The notes beneath the pieces were generated by a model. It was not told the origin of the DNA. It searched no databases and saw only the letters and a program-made list of their open reading frames with translations. From NCBI RefSeq assembly GCF_902713615.1, contig NC_052162.1:108651811-108715810 (forward strand): a DNA stretch of 64,000 nucleotides. The letters are read 5' to 3'. Below are positions 1-10,545 of the stretch, in pieces; the stretch's first letter is position 1; each line of letters begins with the position of its first letter. This stretch comes from Scyliorhinus canicula (Eukaryota). The position numbers and the translations under genes were made by a program.

Positions 1-113
1 CTGGGAGGTGGAGTTGAAATGCCCATCAGCCATGATTGAATGGCGGAGTGGACTCGATGGGCCGAATGGCCTTACTTCCACTCCTATGTCTTATGGTCTT
101 ATGGTCTTATGGG
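1..113 (+). mobile_element. 3' end of CR1/HER1-like LINE
   Basis: GACTCGATGGGCCGAATGGCC core followed by a (TCTTATGG)n tandem tail; same tail type as 19100-19186. Confidence 0.8.
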
Positions 114-960
114 TACAATTAAGGCATCGTGAAAAGCTTGGGCTAATGCAGTTTTGTTTGGATTATAGGGGGCTCCTTGTGAGGTTAATTAGATTTCAGC
201 TTGGTAAGATGATGCAATTACTAGGTGGATGATGCAATTACTAGGTGGAGCTAAGTTATCAGGTATTGTGCAGAAAGCAGTTTTAATTGAGTTTTAGATG
301 GAGCTGTGAGCAGAAGTCAAGCTCTCACTGTAGTTCAGTTAAAATATATGTCTGTAGACAGATTAGCAGTGTGGCTGGAAAGGTGAGCTGAAACAAGCTG
401 AGAAGCAGCTTCTAAAGAAATACAGCCAGAGTTTCTACTTGGTTCTGACAGAACTTAGATCTTTTCTTTGAAGCAGTGTCAAAAGATCTCAATTTTTCTT
501 AAAGTAGAATATCCAGACATCTCTGTAAAACAGGTATTCCGGAGGGCTAACGGTATGTAACAGTGAATTGAGAGCCAAGATTATTTTTGTTCTTTGAATG
601 GGAATAAAGATAGCAGATCAGTATTACTGTATTGATCAGCATTGTAATACACTATTTTCTTATGTGATTGATAAACTGACAAGGAATGATAGACAAGGCA
701 ACATTGAGCTGCTGATGGTGGTACCTGGGTGATCCAGTGGTTCCGAGTCAATGTTTTCACCACCACAGCCCAGGCTCAATTGCAGGTGACAAATGTTTAC
801 CTACATCTGAACTGAATATGGTATTGATGGATATTTGCTGTACATTCAGCAAATTCACAAGTCCTTTCTGCTGGCAGGGGTTGGAGAGTGTGGGGCTGGA
901 ATATTCCTGTTTTTCCCTTTCCCTGTCTCACTAATTGTGGAGCTGAGGAAGAGAATAATT

Positions 961-1075
961 AAAAACAGAATCTGAAAAAAAACAGAATGCTGCACAAACT
1001 CAGCAGGCCTGGCAGCATCAGTGGAGAGAGAAACAGAGTTAACATATGGCATCTAAAAGATCCTTCTGCAGAATT
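961..1075 (-). mobile_element. Decayed Penelope-like terminal fragment (relative of 55861-56098)
   Basis: CTCAGCAGGCCTGGCAGCATCAGTGGAGAGAGAAACAGAGTTAAC aligns with 55883-55925; a decayed hammerhead-like core is on the minus strand. Confidence 0.6.
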
Positions 1076-1180
1076 GAGAGAATGATTGAGTTTGTATGAA
1101 AACAATATCATAGATTTCTAATAGGTTAGATGAAAATGAAAAATGAAAATCGCTTGTCACGAGTAGGCTTCAATGAAGTT

Positions 1181-2026
1181 CCCCACCAGACAATATTTTC
1201 CCAAATTTCCTCTCAATCCTCTGCCTTGAATCATGTCCAGGGATGAGAAATGTCAGTTTGGAAAGATGTGGATACATGTAAAATCATAATGCACATGTGA
1301 ATAAACCTGTTATGATTGAAATAAATTTACTCATCAAATAAATAGTGTGGCAAATATGATGGGGCTAAACAGTGAAACATCTGGCCCGGGATAGCCTCGA
1401 ACCACCAACCTTTCAGTTAACTGCTGAACACGCTGAGTAACTGTGCCACAGAAATTGATGCAAAAGCAGCACTGGAGATACCAGGTGACAGTGTGTTGAA
1501 GGTTCAGATTGCCGCTGCCGGAATGACAATTGTTCTCTTTCTATTTACTCTTCCAAAATAAAGGGTGGAACATTCATTGTAGATATATGGGAAGTCTAAT
1601 CCCATCCACTGCAGACACATCTATGTCATGGGAACCAGCTCTCCTACAACTGATGTTGCCTCCCTTCAAGTCTTTCAGTTGCTTGTCTGTTTACCAAGAA
1701 TTCTGATTGTCTTGTAGCTGGTATTGGGTTTGAATTCCTGATGTTCAGTAACGAGAATCCTTTCAATGTCTCTGATCAGCTAATTTCACTGATAACATCA
1801 GAGTCAATGGTCCAACATCTTCAAGAAGGGAAAGGTGCCTTGACTGTCCCTGCTCAGTCGGATAGTTCACCCTTCATTCTCCTCTGATTCCGGTTCCCAA
1901 AGATTCACAAAACTGTTTTTTTTTTTCTGGTTTGAGTTCTTCATTTTCCCCACCAGACAATATTGTCCCAAATTTCCTCTCAATCCTCTGCCTTGAATCA
2001 TGTCCAGGGATGAGAAACGTCAGTTT
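1181..2026 (+). repeat. ~79-bp direct repeat (1181-1259 and 1948-2026)
   Basis: CCCCACCAGACAATATT...GATGAGAAAYGTCAGTTT occurs twice with 2 mismatches. Confidence 0.85.
1382..1455 (-). pseudogene. Degenerate tRNA-Asn(GTT)
   Basis: The reverse complement aligns to vertebrate tRNA-Asn (...GTTCAGCAGTTAACTGAAAGGTTGGTGGTTCGAG...). U33 is changed to A, and the acceptor stem and D-arm are mutated. Confidence 0.8.
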
Positions 2027-2498
2027 TTTTGGAGGGAGTGTTCTCTTCGAACAAAGAAGGTTAAACAGAGATTTCTTGGAGCTGTTTCATACTCAGGCTG
2101 TGGGAATCGGCGGTTTGATAGAGCAGATAGGGAGAAACTGTTTCCACTGACAAAGATCAGTATCCAGAGGATCGGGATTGAAAACAATTAAAAGACAGAC
2201 TTTTTTTGTTATTTAGTGCCTCTCCCGACCGATGGATGTGACAATGAAATTGTTATCACGGTCGACCTTTGTTCCTACGTTTTATGGTCTCTTCATTCGT
2301 TTCCTTGAAACTGGACTATTACCAGCCTCCCACAAAGATGGGGTCAATCAAAAATTAAAACCAAGATGACTTCCTTGATTTTTACAAAAAAATATTCAAA
2401 TCTGAAACTGGGCTGGAGTTTATTAACATCAGAAAAATACCTCAATGAACATGGTTCAGTCCTGGGATGTGATTAACAGTAAAATCCAATCATTCTGG

Positions 2499-3389
2499 CT
2501 ACTTGTGAACTCGCTGGTGTGTCAGCAGAGTGGACGACTGAGTGAAGCTCTTCCCACACTGGGAACAGCGGAAAGGTCTCTCCCCGGTGTGAACCCGTTG
2601 GTGTTCCAGGAGGTTGGATGACCGAGTGAATCCCTTCCCACACTGGGAGCAGGTAAACGGTCTCTCCCCGGTGTGAACCCGTTGGTGTTGCAGCAGGGTG
2701 GATGGCTTAGTGAATCCCTTCCCACACTGGGAGCAGGTAAATGGTCTCTCCCCACTGTGAACTCGTTGGTGTTGTAGCAGTGTGGATGGTCGAGTGAAGC
2801 CCTTCCCACACTCTGAGCAGGTGAACGGTCTCGCCCCACTGTGAACTCGCTGGTGTTCCAGCAGGTTGATTGATCGAGTGAATTTCTTCCCACACTGGGA
2901 GCAGGTGAACGGTCTCTCCCCAGTGTGGATTCGCTGGTGTTCAGTGAGGTGGGATGACCACCTGAACCCAGTCCCACAGTGACAGCACCTGAACGGTTTC
3001 TCGTCAGTGTGAACACGTTGATGGGACAATAGTTCTGGGGAACTTTTAAAGCACTTCCCACAGTCTGGGCATTTAAAAGGTCTCTCATCAGTGTGAACTC
3101 GTTGATGGGACATCAGATGGGTGGAACTTTTAAAGCACTTTCTACAGTCTGGGCATTTAAAAGGTCTCTCATCAGTGTGAACTTGCTGGTGTGTCAGAAG
3201 GTCAGATGATTGAGCGAATCCCTTCCCACACACACAGCAGGTGAACGGTCTCTCTCCAGTAAGAACTCGCTGCTGTGGCAGCAGAGTGGATGACATAGTT
3301 AATTCCTTCCAATTTAGAGCAGGTGGATGGTCTCTCTCCAGTGTGACACCATTGATTAATTTCCAGACTGATGAGGAATTGAAGCCCAT
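2499..3389 (-). CDS. C2H2 zinc-finger protein with 9 intact fingers and a decayed N-terminus; no effector domain
   Basis: Open frame with 9 CxxC...HxxxH fingers and TGERP-type linkers. First in-frame ATG is at 3389 (alternative 3296), acceptor TTTACAG precedes 3642, and AATAAA is at 2419-2424 (-). Confidence 0.85.
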   Translation of the reverse strand: MGFNSSSVWKLINGVTLERDHPPALNWKELTMSSTLLPQQRVLTGERPFTCCVCGKGFAQSSDLLTHQQVHTDERPFKCPDCRKCFKSSTHLMSHQRVHTDERPFKCPDCGKCFKSSPELLSHQRVHTDEKPFRCCHCGTGFRWSSHLTEHQRIHTGERPFTCSQCGKKFTRSINLLEHQRVHSGARPFTCSECGKGFTRPSTLLQHQRVHSGERPFTCSQCGKGFTKPSTLLQHQRVHTGERPFTCSQCGKGFTRSSNLLEHQRVHTGERPFRCSQCGKSFTQSSTLLTHQRVHK

Positions 3390-3699
3390 CCTACAATCCT
3401 CATATTTCAATAATTTCTTCCCGTTGTGAGGGTTTATGGGCTAATAGGTCAAATAATCAGCTGCATCCTCGTCCACACACAAGAACACGTGTACACTTTC
3501 TCCCCTCTGGAGAGGGAGGGTTTTTCTTCAATGTTTAAAAATCTGATGATATTCAGGTTATGATAAATTGGGCGATTCTGTCCAATCCTGATGTGATGTT
3601 TGGTCACAGTTTCCCGACTGTAAATCCTTTCCTTCTGGTACTCTGTAAAATTGATTTAAAGAGGAAAAAAGGGAGTGAAAGAGAACGCACAAAAACACA

Positions 3700-3830
3700 A
3701 AGGTAGCTGGTGAAATTGAGCTGAATGAATCTGGACATTTGTGGGGCCAGCACAGGAATAAGTGACCATGAAAGCTGCTGAATTAAAAACCGAACTTGTT
3801 CATTAATGCCCATCAGGGAAGGAAACCAGC
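3700..3830 (+). mobile_element. Old MetaSINE-like remnant, antisense in the ZNF intron
   Basis: GTGACCATGAAAG...TTGTTCATTAATGCCCATCAGGGAAGGAAA resembles the copy at 33730-34250. Confidence 0.5.
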
Positions 3831-4239
3831 AACGCAGAACTCTTTATTAAGGTGAATAATGCAGTAGTTGATTGTGAGACCAGGGTCCTGAACCTCAATA
3901 AAGGTAACTATGATGCCATGAGGCATAAGCTGGCTATGACAAACTCACAAAGTCTCAGTGGAAGTTCCTTCAAGACATCGTCTCTCCTTACTGCACTAAC
4001 AGATTTCTTAATAATGTAACACCACCTCGTCTTTTGCACCTTCTTCTTCCCTGCCTGAAGATTGAATGTTTAGCTGCCAGTCTTGCCCCTCCCTCAACCA
4101 CATCCATGTGATGGCAACATCACATCTCTACATGTCAACACACACTCAACGCATTAAAGTAGATGCCATCTAGCCTCACCTTACTCTCTTCAAAATCAAC
4201 AGGCTGTGTGCCTACTTCATTAACACTTTGTGTCTCCTC

Positions 4240-4640
4240 CCCTTGCCAAACTAGTTTAAATCTCTCCCAACAGCACTAGCAGACTCACTTGCAAGGATGT
4301 TCATTGCCTTCTGGCTCAGGTGTAGACTGTCCAGCTTGCACAGGACCCACTTTCCCCAGAAACAATCCCAGTGACATGGTAATCTAAACCCTTCCCTCCT
4401 GCACCAACTCTTGAGCCACACATTTGATGCCCTGTTCTCCCATTTCTGTACTCACTGACAAGTGGGACCAGGGGTAATCCAGAGATTACAAATGTTGAGG
4501 TCCTGTTCTTTAGTGTATTGCCCCGCTCGCTAAATTGTTGATGCAGGGCCTCATCTCTCATTCACCCTCCACCTTCAGGATACCCTGCAGATGCTCATAG
4601 ACATTCCCTGATCTTGGCACCAGTGAGAAACGTTGGGAGT
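4240..4640 (-). mobile_element. CR1 ORF1 (SGNH esterase) remnant
   Basis: Minus strand reads WCRREGFR..HWDCFWGKW..KLDSLHL, typical of the CR1 ORF1 esterase. Confidence 0.65.
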
Positions 4641-4679
4641 GCATGTCTACAGATCTACATCTGAAGTGCTGTAAACTGA

Positions 4680-4800
4680 CCAGGTGCTGGAAAATGGGAT
4701 TAAAATGAACGGCTAGTTTATGTTGTCCTTATTGGGTGGACCAAACACATATGATGGACTGGAGGGCCTCTTTCTACATTGTAAACTTTCTATGATTCCA
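4680..4800 (+). mobile_element. CR1-type 3' tail fragment
   Basis: GCTGGAAAATGGGATT...GGGCCTCTTTCTACATTGTAAACTTTCTATGATTC. Confidence 0.55.
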
Positions 4801-4858
4801 AACGTTTAAAGAACATTGCCCCAAATAAACACGCGGATGCTGGAATCTGAAACATGGC

Positions 4859-5008
4859 ACAGTAAGAAGTCTCACAACACCAGGCTAAAGTCCAACAGGT
4901 TTGTTTCCAATCACTAGCTTTCGGAGCGCAGCTCCTTTCTCAGGTGAATGTGTCACCTGAGGAAGGAGCTGCGCTCCGAAAGTCCAACAACCACATCATG
5001 GCTACCAC
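4859..5008. mobile_element. Short inverted Penelope-type insert with hammerhead motifs
   Basis: Inverted pair 4918-4947/4953-4982; CTGAGGA-A-GGAGC-TGC-GCTCC-GAAA at 4957-4981; flanking direct repeat CTGAAACATGGC at 4847-4858 and 5009-5020. Confidence 0.8.
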
Positions 5009-5345
5009 CTGAAACATGGCGGCAGTGAAATCGGGTGTGTAACTGGAAAAAAACCTGAGGCCCCACCCAGCGTAAACGAGGACCGAACAGTCATTTTTGA
5101 GGATTTCTGGTTCACACACCATAACGAAACTTCTCCACTCACCCACCGGATCCACAGGCATTCCCGCCACTTTCCGATTCCGCAGCAGATCATATCCGCA
5201 TCGCCATTCCTCACAATGCGCGTGCTCCACTTCAGCCCCGCCCCTCATTCCCATGACTTGAAGGACCTCCGGCTCAGTCCTCCAGCCCCGCCCCTTCTTC
5301 CTATTGGTCTGAAGCTGCCGTCAATCAGCCGGGCATTGTGATGGT
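5009..5345 (-). promoter_or_regulatory. CpG-rich promoter and non-coding first exon of the left ZNF gene
   Basis: Two GC boxes (CCCCGCCC), a CCAAT box (ATTGG at ~5303), NRF1-like TGCGCGTGC, YY1-like AACATGGCGGC, and a donor GG|GTGAGT at 5143/5142 on the minus strand. Confidence 0.65.
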
Positions 5346-7646
5346 TTCAAATGGTGAGCGCAGCCGCAGATTTAGGCTGGCTTGCTGATTATTGGCGACT
5401 CGGGGCATCAGATCCAGACCCTTCTCGTCCTTTATGGACTATTTTGTAGCTTTTGGGCTTGCTGCGAGGCTCTGCTGCTGTTCTGTATTTCTGCTGCCTA
5501 TTTTTAGTGTGTAGTTTCCTGTGTTCACTGCTTACCTGCCTGAGTGCGTAGAGGAGGGAGGGAAGAAGGAAGTAAGGAACAAAGGTAGGCTGGACTGAAG
5601 GCAGTCCTACTTTGCCTTGTTTCCCCATACTTCTTGCTTGTTTGTCTGCCTGTGGACGAACAGTGCTGCTTGCAGCCTGTCTGACCCAGTGCCTGGTTCG
5701 GGGGAGAGGGTGGAGTGGGAAGTGCAGCTTTTTGCTCCAGCTGCAAAGGAGGGAGCACACTGGGGCAGGAGGAGAGTGTGCCTGGCTGTCCGACTGCCTA
5801 GCAGAGGAGAGAAGGAAACCAGGGGGATGGCGGGAATGAAGGACGTGAAACTCAGGTTTTCATCTGCCGCCTGGGAGAGGACGGACTGCGCTCTTCTTGG
5901 GCCCTCCTGGGCTGAAGATCATTTATTTGCCCTCACCCACCCAACAGCTACAAGGAAGGAGGGAGGCGGTGGGGTGTTTTTTTTCCAGCCAGCACCCTCC
6001 TCGGGGGCATTGACAGCCACTGTGCCCCATTCTCCTCCTCCACACTCTGCATTCCTCGTTCTCGATGCCTTTTCCCCCCTCCTCCCCATTTGTGGACACG
6101 GCCCAAACCATATCCGGGTGGGCTGAGCGCTTGACCAGATGCCGTCCACATCTATGCTGGTGATGATGATGGGGGGGGGGGGGGGGCTCTCGTGGACCAC
6201 CTAAGACCTCCAATGCTCCCACGGCCCCTTCATCCTTCTGTCTGCTCACCAGCTGCTAGTGGTCAAATGCTACGCCCACCTACAATATCCATAGAGGTGA
6301 ACATACGTGCATTCACCAGGGTTGTCGGCAACTCGGCCATTGTGGCCACCTCATCGATGTATGGGAAGGCCATGCTCTTTCTTCGTGCCGAGCGGGCGAT
6401 CCACCACTTCCTCGAGAAGGGGCTCATGGTGCATGGGACCAACGTGATGCTGGCCACCACCAAGAGGCTCATTCCATCAAAGATCTCACGCTACGTCCCC
6501 ACGGTCCTCCTACGCCTCCACCTTAATCCACTAGAGGTGGTTAAGTCCAGAGTAGTGCTGCCTATTCTCTGCCTAAAGGATGCCCCTGAAGCACATAATT
6601 ACTTCTGCCACCAGGCTTTTGTCCGCCTGGTCTGGGAGGAGTATTTCGGAGTCCCCTACCAGGGGGAGACCATTGGTATTTTTCTGGATCGTGGCTGGCT
6701 TGTGAGGGGGTGGGGCACATTCGGTGAAACTGCCCTGCCTTCATGGCCACTGTAATCATCACGGTTGCTGCTGATGGAATTGCTGCCCCCTCTCCCTCCA
6801 CTGCTCCTACATCTCATCCCCGCAGCTGCAAGGTGCTAAAAAATATCGCGACAGGCAGGACTGTTGTCAAGCCGATTACCCCTGCCCCTGTTAGCCTTCA
6901 GGACCCCATGCCCTTGACCACCGGCTTGGGTGCGACCATTTAATCCCGCTTCCGTGAGGCCAGGAAGGGTCATGGCAGTGAAGCATGCTTACATTAACAC
7001 TGCAATGAAGTTACTGTGAAATGCCCATTACTTCATGCAGCGGTGGGGGGCAGTTGATGAATATCATTAACACTCCTCCTCCCCCCCCCCCCCCCCCCCT
7101 CCCCCAGCTGAGGAGTGGGTGACACCTCACTCATCCCTCTTAGGTCCAACCCCTGTAACAAAAAGAGCAAAGGGGAACTCCAGAAAACCCCAGGTTCAGA
7201 GCTGTCACAGCCACCCGCGCAGGATGCTTCGGGGCTAGGTACAGGCGTCCCGCCAAGAGCATTTTCCTGTGTAATATAGCACCCCAGAATCTTTCATTTT
7301 TCCAATGCCAGGGGGCAGCGACAGCCCCCTGAACTTTGAGTCATGGGTAGGGTGTCGCATGGAGCCCCCCCCCTCCTCCCCCCCCCCCCCCCCCCCCCCG
7401 GTCTCAACCTACAGCATTGGGCGCCTCAACCACAATCCCGGAACTGTTCAGAACTTTGCATTATCCCGGTAACAGGAGTGGAGCAGGACCAGAGCCTGCT
7501 TGGGTCCCACCTGTCGAAGATCCTGCGGGGTGGAAATGAGGCAGGCTCCAGGCTAGTTGGTGGGACCGTGCTGCCCACCACACAGTGGTGGGAGGCTCAG
7601 GCCCAGATGGCGACAGCCAGGAGAAGACAATCTGCTTGGTGGCTGG

Positions 7647-7750
7647 TATAGAACATAGAACATTACAGCGCAGTACAGGCCCTTCGGCCCTCGATGTTGC
7701 TCCGACCTGTGAAACCCCTCTAAAGCCCATCTACACTATAGAACATAGAA
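7647..7750 (-). mobile_element. CR1-type 3' tail
   Basis: (CATAGAA)n tail and GGCCCTTCGGCCC core in reverse orientation. Confidence 0.75.
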
Positions 7751-7757
7751 TGTGTTT

Positions 7758-8590
7758 TGTTATGTTCTTGACGTAGCATCCTTGATGTGCACTCTGACAA
7801 AGGAAGGTTCAGACTTGGAGATAGCTTAAACACATTTATTAAACTGTTAATGATTCTCCTACTTGGATTCGACTCTCCTGTTAATCCTGCTATAGCTACT
7901 CAGACTGATGAACCAGTTTGCTACAATCCACGTGGTGGGTGTGATGTGTTTCAATCAACCCTGTATGCACTCACTAAGAGTCTCCACTGGAAAGAGGAAG
8001 ATCATGTGTGCTGTGTCCTTTTATATGGGTTGGTGTAATGCCCTCCTGTTGTCGTGTCACCTCTGTATGTGTGTCGTGAATGCCCATTGGTCGTGTCCTA
8101 TCTTACTGACCTATTGGTTGACTGTCTGTGTGTCATGTCTCTGGTGCTCCCTCTAGTGTCTAGCCAGTCTATATGTATTTACGTTAACTCCTTGTGTATT
8201 TACAGTGATGTATATCACCACATCCCCTTTTTTCATGTTACATATTTTCTGTACAGTATTAAAGAAAATTGAACAAAAACAGGTAGAGAGGTGATGCTAT
8301 GTACAAGTTATCATGACCGTGATCATTAAACAATATGTCCAAATCATATGCACAAGTCCAAAATTCATTAATTATTATGGTCGAGTGTCTTTCTTGTTTG
8401 GTTGGTGAGTTGGTTGGTTTTGTTGTCGTGTTTGCTGCGCTCAAGGACCTGTGGATAATACGAGTCGTTCACGCAGTTACTCATGTCAGTGTACTTTGTG
8501 GCACCTGCTGTTTCCTTGAGTGTGCCGTCACTGAGTTCGCAGCGCTCCCCGTCAGGAGTCATGTCCGGCTTACTTGAATCAGCTTTGGCT
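7758..8590 (-). mobile_element. LTR retrotransposon 3' end (probably Gypsy): PPT plus LTR 8222-7758
   Basis: Minus strand: polypurine tract (A-run then GGGGA) abuts TGTGGTGATA...CATAACA with TG..CA termini; AATAAA at ~7835-7840. Confidence 0.75.
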
Positions 8591-9609
8591 CCCTCATGCC
8601 CGGCACGGAGTCACTCCTCATTCCCTCAGGTGAACTCTGGATGTTTCTTAGCACTGACCATGGCCATCGAAACAGAGTGCGGCTAGCCCTCGACCGGTGG
8701 GTGGACTTAATGTTGCCCCGAAGGTCTACCCACCCTCCTGCAAGTGAGGCTCAGGACACTGACCTGGACAAGCGGTGTCTGTTGTTGGCTGCCGCACCTT
8801 TCTCCTGAGGGAGTGCAGGAGCAAGCGCTCCTCTGCTTCCTCTGAACACTAATAAAGGTGAAGGTGGCATGTTACCCCACTGATACGGAGGCGACTATAG
8901 CTGGTCTCAATATTAAGCCGAAATCAGCCGAGAGGCAGATTCCAGACTTTCTCGGTTCTCCGGGACAGGTAGTATGCCGTGAGCAAGAAGCCCACACCAC
9001 TCTGGGAGACCAGGTGATTGGGCGGGGGTGGCGGGTCTACATGAGTCACGAGACTTCGCAATGAGGCAGGGTGGCCGTCAATCTTGAGAGTAAAGGAGCC
9101 AATGCCAGGACAATTGCTGCACCTGAGGCGCTTTAGTTTCTGAAACTCTCCAAACTGGGCTGCAGCAAGTGACTTTCTTTGGCATAGTGTCTTCTTGGCA
9201 CCATCACCTTAGGCGAGTGCATTGTCTTCAGGTGGGATTGCACCCTCATGGCACTGTACTGCCTTGTACCAAGCGCTACACGCCAGCGTTGGAGAAGTCC
9301 GAGCACCTGGTTGGGTCCTTCGGCTTGGACGTCTGGCAAACTCAATCCTGACTACAGCGTGTTCACCTTTGTGCACCCTGGAGTCAGAGCAACCCGAGTC
9401 AACTGCTCGAGCACAGCACCTGCTACACAGAAGATGTTGGTCCACTGGGCAGGTACGCCCTCGAAATGTAAAGGCAGTTGACTCGGGTTCCTGGCTGCCT
9501 AACTGACAGGAGGTGGAGGCCAAGGTCACTGCTCACCTGGGACGTTGGGCAGGACTGCGCAAGTGCTGTCCTATAAGGGTAGAGTTCTTGTCATAAACCA
9601 GCAGATCCT

Positions 9610-10545
9610 CGAATCGGTTGATCATGGGGTAGGGGGAGAACACAGTCATTGAACCAAGTTTAGATCGGTCGAGCCCGAGGTCGGTGGTTGGGGAAGGTGT
9701 CAGTGGTGACGAACGAGCTGATGGGGTTTCTTGGAGGGTGGACCCAAGGAGGTTTGGGAGAGCGAAGCTGCTTTCATATTTTTACCATGTGCACAGGGTG
9801 TACTCCTGGATTGACGTTTTTGTGGTGGATAAGGTGTTGGGGGGGGGGGGGGGGGGGGTTGGTCGAATCTGGAATATTCGGCGATTGTGGTTTCAGACCA
9901 TGCATCACATTGGGTGGATTAGCGAGTGGACCCAAGGGGCAGGAGGGGCGGTGGGGGACAGCGCCCACAGTGGAGGTTGGGTGTGGGGTTGCTGGCAGAT
10001 GTGTGTGAGCCGGTGAAGGCTGCCATCTGTGGGTATGTGGAGCTCAATCATACAAGGGAGGTCACAGCTGCCACACTGTGGGAGCTGCACAAGGCAGTGG
10101 ATAGGGAAGAGTTTATATTGTTTCGGGCACACAGGGAAGAGGTGGAACGAGCAGAGATGGCATAATTGGTGGAAGAGATTCTGAGGGTGAACAGGAGGTA
10201 TTCAGAGGCCCAGAAGGCAGGGTTGTTGAGAGAGAGAGGTGGAGGCTCCAGATGGAGTTTGGGCTGGTGTCCACAGGAAAGGCGGTAGGGCACTTGCGTA
10301 GGCCAGACAGGGCAATGTACGGGTATGGGGAGTAGAGTAGTAAGATGCTGGCCCACTAACTTAGGAAACAAGAGGCGGTGAGGGAGATTGGTGGCGTGAA
10401 AGATGGGACAGAAAGGGTGGTGCTGGACCCGGCGGGGGTGAATCGGGTGTTTGGGTTGTTTTATAGGAGGTTTCATGAGGTGGAACCCCATTGGGGGGGG
10501 GGGGGGGTGGGATGCAGCAGTTCCTAGATGGGTTGGAGTTTTGTA
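9610..10545 (+). mobile_element. Degenerate L1 ORF2 fragment (endonuclease/linker)
   Basis: HVHRVYSWIDVFVV homologous to 29351-30442; many stops and frameshifts. Confidence 0.8.

Larger units (their letters stand above)
5400..9602 (+). mobile_element. Degenerate Tx1-like (L1 clade) retrotransposon, interrupted at ~7647-8590
   Basis: ORF1 motif VVGNSAIVATSSMYGKAMLFL (6192-6755); ORF2 endonuclease motifs TIAGLNI, QEAHTT and SVFTFVHPG (8890-9410) jump directly to post-RT QEVEAKVTAHLGRW..LSYKGRVLVINQ; 5' boundary uncertain. Confidence 0.75.

Noticed and set aside
120-940. Possible LTR (also 61368-61585), including a 20-bp tandem duplication at ~208-250
   Set aside because: Composition is suggestive but no TG..CA pair, TSD, PBS or PPT could be fixed
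1408-1430. Apparently compensatory anticodon-stem change in tRNA-Asn (TTCAG/CTGAA)
   Set aside because: Both changes are CpG transitions and other essential positions are mutated, so this is not evidence of function
2522-3088. Repetitive 188-aa alternative-frame ORF
   Set aside because: Shadow frame of the 84-bp zinc-finger repeat
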